From Dermatophilaceae bacterium (GTDB lineage: Bacteria; Actinomycetota; Actinomycetes; Actinomycetales; Dermatophilaceae): 64,000 bases of DNA. Shown in pieces: positions 9,162 to 18,018 of this stretch (within the stretch, counting starts at the first letter, position 1; every line of letters begins with the position of its first letter). The notes below the pieces were generated by a model, which saw nothing but the letters and a program-made list of their open reading frames with translations, did not search any database and had not been told where the DNA came from. A program made the position numbers and the translations under genes. The DNA lies in assembly GCA_036385355.1 (NCBI GenBank), contig DASVKO010000026.1, positions 849 through 64,848 of the forward strand. Reading direction: 5' to 3'.

Positions 9162-9860
9162 TCAGAGACTCCCCTTCTCGCTGGGAATGCCCTTGACCCG
9201 CGAGTCGAGAGTCACGGCAGCGCGCAGGGCACGCGCCACCGCCTTGAACTGCGCCTCGACCAGGTGGTGCGGGTCCCGGCCGGCCAGCACGCGCACGTGC
9301 AGGGCGATACCGCCGTGATGGGCGAAGCTCTCCAGCACATGAGCGGTCAGCGACCCGGCGAAGTTGCCCCCGATCACCACGTAGGCCTGGCCGTCGGGCT
9401 CACCGGTATGCACGAAGTACGGCCGCCCGGCCACATCGACCACCGCCTGAACGAGCGCCTCGTCAAGGGGAACGGTCGCATCCCCGAAGCGCGAGATGCC
9501 GCTCTTGTCGCCCAGTGCCTCCCTGAACGCGTCGCCGAGCACGATGGCAACGTCCTCCACCGTGTGGTGGGCGTCGACGTCCACGTCCCCGGTGGCCTGG
9601 ACGCGCAGGTCGATCAGCGAGTGCTTGGCCAGGCTGGCAAGCATGTGATCGTAGAAGCGCACGCCGGTGCTGATCTCGGAGTCACCACTGCCGTCGAGGT
9701 CGAGCTCGACCTCGACGGTGCTCTCCTTCGTCGATCTCCTGATGTGGGCGGTGCGCCCAGCGGCCTGGTTCTCGGCGATGGGAGCATCATCGCGGTGCTC
9801 GCGGCCAGCGGCCTGTGCTGGCCGTTCACGCTGTTCTGGCTGTTCCGTCTGTTCCGTCAA
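9162..9860 (-). CDS. hisB: imidazoleglycerol-phosphate dehydratase
   Basis: 232 aa: [52 protein letters not shown]. The TTG start overlaps the hisC stop. An acidic/Gln-rich N-terminal extension means the true start may be slightly downstream. Confidence 0.92.
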   Translation of the reverse strand: MTEQTEQPEQRERPAQAAGREHRDDAPIAENQAAGRTAHIRRSTKESTVEVELDLDGSGDSEISTGVRFYDHMLASLAKHSLIDLRVQATGDVDVDAHHTVEDVAIVLGDAFREALGDKSGISRFGDATVPLDEALVQAVVDVAGRPYFVHTGEPDGQAYVVIGGNFAGSLTAHVLESFAHHGGIALHVRVLAGRDPHHLVEAQFKAVARALRAAVTLDSRVKGIPSEKGSL

Positions 9861-10996
9861 AGGACCTGCTCCTGCCGGTGGGTTGGTGCGAGGCTGCGCA
9901 TCGTCTCCAGGAACGCCCCGGTCTCCTGGGGGGTCCCTGCCGTGACACGAAGATAATGGGCCAGCCCGACGTCCCGAATCAAGATGCCACGGTCCAGCAG
10001 AGCCTGCCAGGTGGCCTGCTCGTCCACGAGGCCCCCGAACAGCACGAAGTTGGCGTCGCTGGGCACCGGGTCCAGGCCCATCTGCGTCAGCTCGGCCACG
10101 ATGCGGTCACGTTGGGTCTTCAGGAGCTCAACCGTGGCCAGGAGCCCGTCCGCATGCTCCAGCGCCGCACAGGCGACCGCCTGGGTGGGGGCCGAGAGGT
10201 GATAGGGCAGGCGGACCAGGCGCAGCACCTCGGTGAGCTCCGGGTCGGCAGCCAGGTAACCAAGACGCCCCCCGGCCAGCGCGAACGCCTTGCTCATGGT
10301 CCGGGTCACCACGAGCCGCCGGCGGCCCCCGAGCAGGGTCAGCGCGCTCGGGGTGCCAGGGCGGGCGAACTCGGCGTAGGCCTCGTCCACCACCACGATC
10401 GCCCGGGGCGCCGCGTCGTAGATGGCCTCGACGATGTCGAGGCCCAGTGCCGTGCCGGTCGGGTTGTTCGGCGAGCAGAGGAACACGATGTTCGGCTGGT
10501 GGGCTCTGACCTGTGCCACGGCCGAGTCGACGTCAAGGTCGAAGGCGCCCGCGCCCTCGACCCCGCGGGACCCGTCAACCCATCTGGTGCCAGCGGTCCG
10601 GGTGATGATCGGGTGCATGGAGTAGGCGGGAGTGAAGCCGAGTGCGACCCTGCCGGGGCCGCCGAACGCCTGGAGCAGGTGCAGCAGCACCTCGTTGGAG
10701 CCGTTGCCCGCCCACACCTGCTCAGCCGTGACGGCAACCCCGGTGGCCCGCGTCAGGTAGGCCGCCAGGTCCTGGCGCAGCCGGACGAACTCACGGTCCG
10801 GATAGCGGTTCAGACCTGACGCCACCGCGGCCATCGACGAGACGATCGCGTCGATGACGTCCTGGGGCACGGCATACGAGTTCTCGTTGGTGTTCAGTGG
10901 AACCGGCACGTCCAGCTGGGGGGCGCCATAGGCTGTCCGGCCGCGCAGGTCAGGGCGCAGCAGGTCAGTCAGGGAGGTGCTCAGGGAGGCGCTCAT
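9857..10996 (-). CDS. hisC: histidinol-phosphate aminotransferase
   Basis: Start [19 protein letters not shown] has an ATGA overlap with the hisD stop (10993-10996). Motifs [18 protein letters not shown] and [14 protein letters not shown] (PLP Lys). The ORF-track start at 11176 is an extension into hisD. Confidence 0.94.
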   Translation of the reverse strand: MSASLSTSLTDLLRPDLRGRTAYGAPQLDVPVPLNTNENSYAVPQDVIDAIVSSMAAVASGLNRYPDREFVRLRQDLAAYLTRATGVAVTAEQVWAGNGSNEVLLHLLQAFGGPGRVALGFTPAYSMHPIITRTAGTRWVDGSRGVEGAGAFDLDVDSAVAQVRAHQPNIVFLCSPNNPTGTALGLDIVEAIYDAAPRAIVVVDEAYAEFARPGTPSALTLLGGRRRLVVTRTMSKAFALAGGRLGYLAADPELTEVLRLVRLPYHLSAPTQAVACAALEHADGLLATVELLKTQRDRIVAELTQMGLDPVPSDANFVLFGGLVDEQATWQALLDRGILIRDVGLAHYLRVTAGTPQETGAFLETMRSLAPTHRQEQVL

Positions 10997-12357
10997 GCCG
11001 GGCCCTGGTCCCCGAAGCGCGCCGTCACGGCCTCTCCGTGGGCTGGCAGGTCCTCGGCACCGGCGAGGGTGACCACGTGGTGGGCGACCTCGCGCAGGGC
11101 GGCCTCGGAGTAGTCCACGACGTGTATGCCGCGAAGGAATGACTGCACCGACAACCCGCTGCTGTGACAGGCGCATCCGCCGGTGGGCAGCACGTGGTTC
11201 GAGCCGGCGCTGTAGTCACCCAGGCTCACCGGCGCGAAGGCTCCCACGAAGATCGCCCCTGCGTTTCGGATCCGAAGAGCCACGGCCCGCGCATCGCGGG
11301 TCTGGATCTCGAGGTGCTCGGCGGCATAGGCGTTGACCACGGCGATGCCGGCCTCGAGGTCGTCGACCAGGACGACCCCGGACTGCCTGCCGGCCAGCGC
11401 GGCAGCGACCCGCTCGGTGTGCTTGGTCGCGGCCACCCGGCGTACCAGCGCGGCCTCGACGCGCGCGGCGAGATCCTCGCTGTCGGTGACGAGCACCGAG
11501 GCGGCCAGTGTGTCGTGCTCAGCCTGGCTGATCAGGTCCGCGGCGACGTGCTCCGGGTCGGCGCTGTCGTCGGCCAGCACCGCGATCTCGGTGGGCCCGG
11601 CCTCCGCGTCGATGCCGATCACGCCCTTCAGCAGGCGCTTGGCCGCGGCGACGTAGATGTTCCCCGGACCGGTGACCAGGGTGACCGGCTCACAGACCAC
11701 GCCCCCGGCGTTCGGGGTGCCGTCGATACCCGGTTCGCGAGCCCCGTAGGCAAACATGGCGATCGCCTGGGCCCCGCCCACGGCGTACACCTCGTCGACG
11801 CCGAGAAGCTCGCAGGCGGCCAGGATGGCGGCAGCGGGGTAGCCCGCGAACACCCCGCTGTTGTCCCTCTGAGGCGGGCTGGTGACCGCGACCGAGGACA
11901 CGCCCGCGATCTGCGCCGGGACGACGTTCATGACGACGCTGCTGGGGTAGACCGCGACCCCGCCGGGGACATAGAGGCCGACCCTGTCGACCGGCAGCCA
12001 GCGCTCGACGACGGTCCCGCCGGGCGCCACCGTGGTGGTCGTGTCGGTCCGGCGCTGGTCCTCGTGGACGATGCGCACCCGCCGGATGGTCTCCGTCAGG
12101 GCCGCCCGCACCTGCGGGTCGAGCTCGGCCAGGGCAGCCTTCAGGACCGCTGCAGGCACCCGGAGGTGTCCTGGTCGAACCCCGTCGAACCTCTCGCCCA
12201 GGTCGCGCAGTGCCTCGGCCCCACGATGGCGCACGTCGTGACAGATCGGTCGAACCGTCGACAGTGCCGCCTCGACGTCGAACTCGGCGCGGGGCAGCAC
12301 CTCTCGAAGGGAACGAGCATCGAGAGCACGGCCACGCAGGTCAATCCGGGAGATCAC
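10993..12357 (-). CDS. hisD: histidinol dehydrogenase
   Basis: 454 aa: [33 protein letters not shown]. Confidence 0.95.
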   Translation of the reverse strand: MISRIDLRGRALDARSLREVLPRAEFDVEAALSTVRPICHDVRHRGAEALRDLGERFDGVRPGHLRVPAAVLKAALAELDPQVRAALTETIRRVRIVHEDQRRTDTTTTVAPGGTVVERWLPVDRVGLYVPGGVAVYPSSVVMNVVPAQIAGVSSVAVTSPPQRDNSGVFAGYPAAAILAACELLGVDEVYAVGGAQAIAMFAYGAREPGIDGTPNAGGVVCEPVTLVTGPGNIYVAAAKRLLKGVIGIDAEAGPTEIAVLADDSADPEHVAADLISQAEHDTLAASVLVTDSEDLAARVEAALVRRVAATKHTERVAAALAGRQSGVVLVDDLEAGIAVVNAYAAEHLEIQTRDARAVALRIRNAGAIFVGAFAPVSLGDYSAGSNHVLPTGGCACHSSGLSVQSFLRGIHVVDYSEAALREVAHHVVTLAGAEDLPAHGEAVTARFGDQGPA

Positions 12358-12424
12358 CCCCCCAGTTTAGGGTGATTCGTGCGTAGAACCGCCATGTGTC
12401 CAGCGTCCGGGGATAATACGGTCC

Positions 12425-13216
12425 GTGATACTCCCCAGGGCCGTCCCCGCTGCCGGGCTCGTCAGCGTGAACGGGGTGGGGGGGCTGGTGCGCCTGGCCA
12501 TCGTGGTGGTCCTCTGTGCCGGGCTCGCCGCGGCCATCAACCGCTGGGGACACCTGGGACATGGTCGTGACGACCTCTCGGCCGCTGCCCGGGCAAGTGT
12601 CCAGCTCGTCGTCGTGGGCCTACTGATCGCCGCCGTGCTGGGTTCGTGGTGGCTGACCCTGGGTTTCATCCTGCTGATGCTGTCGGTGGCCTCGCTGACG
12701 GCGGGAAGGCGGCTGGCACCGCAGGGCCGGTGGTGGTTCGCGGCCGCCCCGGTCGCCCTGGGTGCCGTTCCCGTCGCCACCGCCCTGATGGTGAGCGGCC
12801 TGATCCCCCGCCAGACCATCGCCGTGGTGCCGATCGTCGGCATCCTGATCGGTGGGGCCATGACCGCGACGACCCTTGCCGGCAAGCGTGCCCTCGACGC
12901 CCTGCGAACCCGCCACGGGGAGTACGAGGCTGCCCTCTCGATCGGGCTCCTCCCACGCGACTCTGCCCTGCTCATCGCCCGGGACGATGCCGCCCTGGCG
13001 CTGGTCCCCGGACTGGACCAGACCCGGACCGTCGGGCTGGTGACCCTCCCCGGCGCCTTCGTCGGGATGCTGCTGGGTGGCGCCTCACCGCTTCAGGCCG
13101 CCGCCGTCCAGCTCGTCGTCCTGGTCGCCCTGCTGCTGGTGCAGTCGATCGCGGTGCTCGTCACGGTCGAGCTGGTAGCACGCGGACGTCTCAGCCCCTC
13201 TGCGGGACCGCGATGA
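12425..13216 (+). CDS. FetB/YbbM (UPF0014) family ABC-type permease, no cognate ATPase adjacent
   Basis: 263 aa, polytopic. GGAMTATTLAGKRALDALRTRHGEYEAALSIGL...DQTRTVGLVTLPGAFVGMLLGGASP is typical of FetB/YbbM. Confidence 0.8.
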   Translation: MILPRAVPAAGLVSVNGVGGLVRLAIVVVLCAGLAAAINRWGHLGHGRDDLSAAARASVQLVVVGLLIAAVLGSWWLTLGFILLMLSVASLTAGRRLAPQGRWWFAAAPVALGAVPVATALMVSGLIPRQTIAVVPIVGILIGGAMTATTLAGKRALDALRTRHGEYEAALSIGLLPRDSALLIARDDAALALVPGLDQTRTVGLVTLPGAFVGMLLGGASPLQAAAVQLVVLVALLLVQSIAVLVTVELVARGRLSPSAGPR

Positions 13217-13367
13217 CCTGATGACTTGGTGCCCGGTCTGCGCCGGCGGCGCCAGAGCCCCAGCGCCCTGCAGTGGTTCATCCCCCATGGGTGAGGGGGA
13301 CCCAGTCCCCCGGTGGCAGGGTCGAGGGCATCCGTTCGGGTGAAGGATCTGTGAGAGGGAGCCACCC

Positions 13368-13625
13368 ATGCTCATTCTGGCCATTCTCGTCCTCGGCCTC
13401 GCTGCCGGCTGGGTCGCACATCTTGTCGTCGATCGTGGCGGGGAGGCGAACTGGCTCCAGCTCTTCGGGGTCGGGATCGCCGGCTCGTTCGTGGGCGGCC
13501 TGCTGTCAAGCCTCATCTTCGGCGATGGCCTCAACCTGCGGCCGAGCGGTTTCGTCGGGTCCATCCTCGGCGCCACGATCGTGCTGCTCATCGTTCGCGC
13601 AGTCTCGGGGAAGCCTGCGCGCTAG
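13368..13625 (+). CDS. GlsB/YeaQ/YmgE family (transglycosylase-associated) small membrane protein
   Basis: 85 aa with three Gly-rich TM segments (LGLAAGWVA, GIAGSFVGGLL, GSILGATIVLLI). GAGGGAG RBS before the ATG. Confidence 0.8.
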   Translation: MLILAILVLGLAAGWVAHLVVDRGGEANWLQLFGVGIAGSFVGGLLSSLIFGDGLNLRPSGFVGSILGATIVLLIVRAVSGKPAR

Positions 13626-13702
13626 GACGAGACCTGCGCGTCGGGACCATCCTGGGGACGCATCACCCGCAAGACGCTGCCGCGGCCCTCAGCGGACCAG
13701 GG

Positions 13703-13747
13703 TGGGATCAGTGGAAGCGTGGGATCAGTGGACCAGCGTGGGATCGC
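13703..13747. repeat. tandem gtgggatcagtgga repeat spanning the stop codon of the STAS-fusion gene
   Basis: gtgggatcagtgga at 13703-13716 and 13720-13733, with a partial third copy gtgggatcg at 13739-13747. Confidence 0.8.
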
Positions 13748-14825
13748 CGTCCGGGGTCGGGAGGACCAGGCTCGCGGTGGTGAGCTGGGTGACGCCGGCG
13801 CAGAATGGCAGCCCCGCCAGGCCCCGGCCGTCGGTGAACACCGGCGACTCGTGGGACGTCTTGGCGCGCTCAGACCGGATCCGCCTGGCCGACGGGTGAG
13901 GTCGGTGGGCTTCGAGCACAGCCCAGAGGACCTTGCCGCCGTCCTCGGTGGGCAGAACCCCGAACGCCTGAGAGAGGCCGGCCACGACGGTGAGTCCTCG
14001 CCCGTGCAGATCCGAACCTGGGTGACGCTGGCCCGGTATGGCGGGACCGTGGTCGCGGACGGCGAGCCGCAGGGCGCCCAGGTTCCAGACGACCGACAGG
14101 TCGATCTCGGTGCCGGCATCGATTGTTGAGCTGGCCACGAGCTCGCTGACCACCAGGGTCGCGAAGGGGATGACCCGGGCCAGCCGCCAGTCCAGCAGGG
14201 TGCGTGTCACGAAGTCCCGCGAGGCGCGCGGTGCGGTCGGGTGCGGCGCCAGTCGCTTCCGCTCGACGGCCATGGCGGGGGTGGCCAGCACCGCGGTGAC
14301 CGCGGAGAACAATGACGAGGTCACGATCAGCAGCCCGCCCAGGGGATGAGCAGCCAGCGTCTCGCGTACCTGCGGGTCCGCGCTGGCAACCGCCACCGGG
14401 ATCCCCGGCCAGTCGCGTGCATGTCGTCCTGCCATCGCGAGCACCTCAACGGCGATCAGGTCGGCGCCGTCGAGCACTGCCGACAGGTCGCAGACCACGC
14501 CGCGCGGTCCCTCGGCCAGGGCCAGCTGGATCGCCCGGTCCAGCTCCTCGACGACCTCACTGAGATGACCGGAGACCTCAACGACCGCCACCTCACGGAT
14601 GGCGCGCTTCCGCGCCCGCACCCGCGGACTCGGGGCCCCACGGCCAGACGACGCTGCCGGGAGGTCGGTCGGAACCTGGCTCGGGTGAAGGATCACCGGG
14701 CGGGCAGTGGGAAAGTCGGACGATGGGTTCGGCTGCACCATGACTGGCTCGTTTCGATGGTCCCGGAAGAACAAGGACACGGGCCGCCAAGGGTCATGAG
14801 CAGCACGGGCGAAAGAAGACGTCAC
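13725..14825 (-). CDS. STAS (anti-sigma-antagonist-like) domain fused to a degenerate HATPase_c/RsbW-like anti-sigma domain
   Basis: The N-terminal half VAVVEVSGHLSEVVEELDRAIQLALAEGPRGVVCDLSAVLDGADLIAVEVL...VAVASADPQVRETL is a STAS fold pattern lacking the phosphorylatable Ser. The C-terminal half APRASRDFVTRTLLDWRL...VVSELVASSTIDAG...LAVRDHGPAIP...GRGLTVVAGLS is RsbW/SpoIIAB-like but lacks the N-box Asn. An alternative start lies at 14741 (MVQPNP). Confidence 0.7.
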   Translation of the reverse strand: MTSSFARAAHDPWRPVSLFFRDHRNEPVMVQPNPSSDFPTARPVILHPSQVPTDLPAASSGRGAPSPRVRARKRAIREVAVVEVSGHLSEVVEELDRAIQLALAEGPRGVVCDLSAVLDGADLIAVEVLAMAGRHARDWPGIPVAVASADPQVRETLAAHPLGGLLIVTSSLFSAVTAVLATPAMAVERKRLAPHPTAPRASRDFVTRTLLDWRLARVIPFATLVVSELVASSTIDAGTEIDLSVVWNLGALRLAVRDHGPAIPGQRHPGSDLHGRGLTVVAGLSQAFGVLPTEDGGKVLWAVLEAHRPHPSARRIRSERAKTSHESPVFTDGRGLAGLPFCAGVTQLTTASLVLPTPDGDPTLVH

Positions 14826-14913
14826 CAGGGTCTCGGGAGACGTCGCATCACAAACGTTACACCACGGTCATTTTCAAACCTATTTTCCAGGCTGGCCGGC
14901 CGACGGCCGGACG

Positions 14914-15615
14914 TCAGACCCGGAGCCCGACGGCCACGATCGCCTCGGCGACCACCCTGAGGCTGGCGTTGTTGTTCCGCGCATGGGTACGCATGCGCTG
15001 GTAGGCGTGATCGATCGTGACCGCGTTCTGCTGGGCGGTGATCCCCTTGGCCTGTTCGATGACCACCCGGGACTCCAGCGCCTGCTGCAGCTGCTCGCTC
15101 AGCTGCTCCTGCTGGCGCAGCTTGGAGGCGTTGACCACGTAGCTGGTCGCCACATCGGCCAGTACCTTGGCCACCGCGATATCCTCGTCCGACCACTCTC
15201 GCGGCTCGCCGGAGTAGAGGTTCAGGGCCCCGATGATCTGGTCGGCCAGCCGCATCGGAATGCCGGCCACGCCGGCCACGGACAACCGGTCGGCGGTAGC
15301 CGAGAACTCCGGCCACCGGGCGGACTCCGCCCGCACGTCGGTCACCCGAACCACCTCGCCGGTGTCATAGGCATCCCGGCAGGGGCCAGCCTGTTCCTCT
15401 TCCTGGTTGCGCTCCAGCTCCCCCGAGGCCTGGCTCACCGCGGTCACGAATCGCAGCAGCCCGTCCTCGGACATCGTGACCCCGCTGCCGCTCAGGCCCA
15501 GCACCGCGGTGACGCTCTCCGTGAGCTCGGTGAGTGCTGCCTCCAGGTCGTAGTAGGCCGGCAGGATCACAGCGAAGCGTGACAGCGTCTGCAAGAACAG
15601 CTTCTGGTCATACAT
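14914..15615 (-). CDS. GAF and ANTAR domain-containing RNA-binding regulator
   Basis: Start MYDQKLFLQTLSRF (ATG at 15615). GAF-like core, then C-terminal ANTAR LESRVVIEQAKGITAQQNAVTIDHAYQRMRTHARNNNASLRVVAEAIV. The ORF-track start at 15711 adds 32 Arg/Ser-rich residues. Confidence 0.85.
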   Translation of the reverse strand: MYDQKLFLQTLSRFAVILPAYYDLEAALTELTESVTAVLGLSGSGVTMSEDGLLRFVTAVSQASGELERNQEEEQAGPCRDAYDTGEVVRVTDVRAESARWPEFSATADRLSVAGVAGIPMRLADQIIGALNLYSGEPREWSDEDIAVAKVLADVATSYVVNASKLRQQEQLSEQLQQALESRVVIEQAKGITAQQNAVTIDHAYQRMRTHARNNNASLRVVAEAIVAVGLRV

Positions 15616-15822
15616 CCTGGGCAACCCTCGGTTCACGCCGCCGGCATGGCGGCTGACCGTAGCGCGGGACCGAAACCATAAGGATCGTGAATCACCGCTC
15701 GGGCGCCACATGCTTACACCCGAGTCTACGTCTCAGGGCCTGCTGCGGTGACCTTTTCGGAAAGGGCACCCTTACCGGCGACCGGCAGCGGTCTCGGCTG
15801 CCGTCCGGCCCCGCACCTCCGG

Positions 15823-17934
15823 CTAGCGCACGCTCACCTGATCCATCAGGAAGGCCAGCTCCCAGGCGTACTGCTTCCAGGCGTCATACCGGCCGCTCTT
15901 GCCGCCGTGACCGGCGACCATCTCGGTCCTGAACAGGATCGGCCGGGTCGCCGGGTCGCTCGTCACGGTCTCCCGCAGTCGGGCCACCCACTTGGCCGGC
16001 TCGACGAAGTAGACGCGGGTGTCATTCAGGCTGGTCGTCGCCAGGATGGCCGGGTAGTCGACCGCCGCGATGTTCTCGTACGGCGTGTAGCCCTTCATGT
16101 ACCGGTAGACGTCCTCGTGGTGGAGGGGATCTCCCCACTCCTCCCATTCCGGCACGGTCAGCGGCAGCGACGGGTCAAGGATCGTGGTGAGCGCGTCGAC
16201 GAACGGGACCGCTGCATGGATCGCCCGGAACCGTCCGGGGGCGAGGTTGGCCACCGCGCCCATGAGGAGTCCGCCGGCTGAACCGCCCTCGGCGGCCAGG
16301 CGGTCCGCAGCCACCCACCCAGAGCCGACCAGATGGTCAGCGCAGGCGAGGAAGTCGGTGAAGGTGTTGGTCTTGTGCTCCATCTTGCCGGAGTCATACC
16401 ACTGGCGGCCCATCTCCCCGCCCCCTCGCACGTGGGCGATGGCATAGACGAACCCCCGGTCCAGCAGGGACAGCCGGGCCACCGAGAAGTACGGGTCCAT
16501 GCAGATCTCGTAGGCGCCGTAGCCATAGATCAGACCGGGAGCCGTACCGTCCGCCGTCACGTCGCGGCGATGGACCAGCGAGATCGGCACCAGCGTCCCG
16601 TCCGGGGCCGTGGCCCACTCGCGGCTCTGCACGTAGTCGGCCGGGTCGTAGCCGCCAAGCACGGTCTGGGTCTTGAGCACGGTGTACTCGCCGGTCACCA
16701 GGTCGTAGTCCGAGATGGTCTTGGGTGTGACCATCGAACCGAACACGATCTGCAGGGCAGAGGTCTCGTACTCCGGATTGTTCCCGGTACCGACCGAGTA
16801 CAGCGGCTCGTCGAAGGTGAGGTCCTGCGCGGGGCCGAAGCCCGAGACGACTAACGGGTCCCGGGGCATCACCCTCAGGGCCGTCAGCCCGTCGCGCCGC
16901 AGGGAGACCACCGCGTGGGAGGCGAACGCCTCCACCCCGAGCAGACGCTCCCCGGCGACGGTCTCGGCCAACGGTGACCACTGATCGTGACCCGTCGCGT
17001 CCAGCGGTGCCTGGGCCAGCTCGAAGTCGGGGTAGTTCGCGTTGTGCACGATCAGCAGGCGGTCCCCGGCCGGCTCCACGTCGTACTCGACCCCGTGACG
17101 GCGAGGTGCCACTACCCGGGGGTCATCCAGGGGCGCCGCGGCGTCGAGCAGCAACACCTCGGTGGTCAGCTTGGAACCCACCTGGATGATGAGCCAGGCG
17201 TCGTCGCGAGAGGACCCGATCCCCATCCAGAAGCGCTCGTCCGGCTCCTCGAAGACCAGGACGTCAGCCTGCACCGGAGCGCCGACCTCATGGCGCCAGA
17301 CCTGCCAGGGCCGCCACGACTCATCCATCCTGGTGTAGAAGATGTACTGCCCGTCCAGTGACCACACGACGCCATAGCCGATGTCGGTGACCGCCTCGTC
17401 GATCACCGCGCCGGTCTCGATGTCTCGGACCCGCAGGGCAAAACGCTCGTCACCCTCGACGTCCACGGCATAGGCGATCCGGCGCCCGTCGATACTCACC
17501 TCGAAGGCTCCGAGCGAGAAGAACTCATGGCCGCGGGCCTCTTCGTTGCCGTCCAGCAACAGCTCCTCACCCTCGGGGGCGACTCCCGGCTCGAGCTGGG
17601 GTCGCTCCATGCCCGCCACCGTGCGAACCCGGCACTGCACGGCATACTGCTTGCCCTCGAAGGTGCGTGAGTAGTACCACCAACCCCGGTACGACTCGGG
17701 CACCGACAGGTCCGTCTCCTGCGTCCGGGACTTGATCTCATCGAAGATCCGCGCCCGCAACGGCTCAAGATGGCTCGTCATGGCCTCGGCGTAGGCATTC
17801 TCGCTCTCGAGGTGGGCAATGACCTCCGGGTCGTCCTTGTCCCGCAGCCACTCGAACGGGTCGGCGACCCGGTCGCCGTGGTGGACGCGTTCGTGCTCGA
17901 CGTGCTTGGTCACAACAGGCTTGACGGTGTTCAC
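15823..17934 (-). CDS. ptrB: oligopeptidase B / S9A prolyl oligopeptidase family serine protease
   Basis: 703 aa. N-terminus DPFEWLRDKDDPEVIAHLESENAY, beta-propeller region, nucleophile elbow GGSAGGLLMG, C-terminal GHGG. Confidence 0.9.
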   Translation of the reverse strand: MNTVKPVVTKHVEHERVHHGDRVADPFEWLRDKDDPEVIAHLESENAYAEAMTSHLEPLRARIFDEIKSRTQETDLSVPESYRGWWYYSRTFEGKQYAVQCRVRTVAGMERPQLEPGVAPEGEELLLDGNEEARGHEFFSLGAFEVSIDGRRIAYAVDVEGDERFALRVRDIETGAVIDEAVTDIGYGVVWSLDGQYIFYTRMDESWRPWQVWRHEVGAPVQADVLVFEEPDERFWMGIGSSRDDAWLIIQVGSKLTTEVLLLDAAAPLDDPRVVAPRRHGVEYDVEPAGDRLLIVHNANYPDFELAQAPLDATGHDQWSPLAETVAGERLLGVEAFASHAVVSLRRDGLTALRVMPRDPLVVSGFGPAQDLTFDEPLYSVGTGNNPEYETSALQIVFGSMVTPKTISDYDLVTGEYTVLKTQTVLGGYDPADYVQSREWATAPDGTLVPISLVHRRDVTADGTAPGLIYGYGAYEICMDPYFSVARLSLLDRGFVYAIAHVRGGGEMGRQWYDSGKMEHKTNTFTDFLACADHLVGSGWVAADRLAAEGGSAGGLLMGAVANLAPGRFRAIHAAVPFVDALTTILDPSLPLTVPEWEEWGDPLHHEDVYRYMKGYTPYENIAAVDYPAILATTSLNDTRVYFVEPAKWVARLRETVTSDPATRPILFRTEMVAGHGGKSGRYDAWKQYAWELAFLMDQVSVR

Positions 17935-18018
17935 AACGGCACGGTAGCCGACAAGTGACCAGGGCCCGCACGGACCATCCGCGCGGCAGCGCCTGCGACA
18001 GCCCCTCGTCGAGACAGG

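Noticed and set aside
14742-14913. Search for a canonical ANTAR target (two tandem stem-loops with A-x-x-G hexaloops) in the leader of the STAS-fusion gene.
   Set aside because: By eye I found only a GACGUC...GACGUC hairpin and a short GC hairpin with a 3-nt loop. Neither has the hexaloop signature. A covariance-model scan would be needed to be sure.
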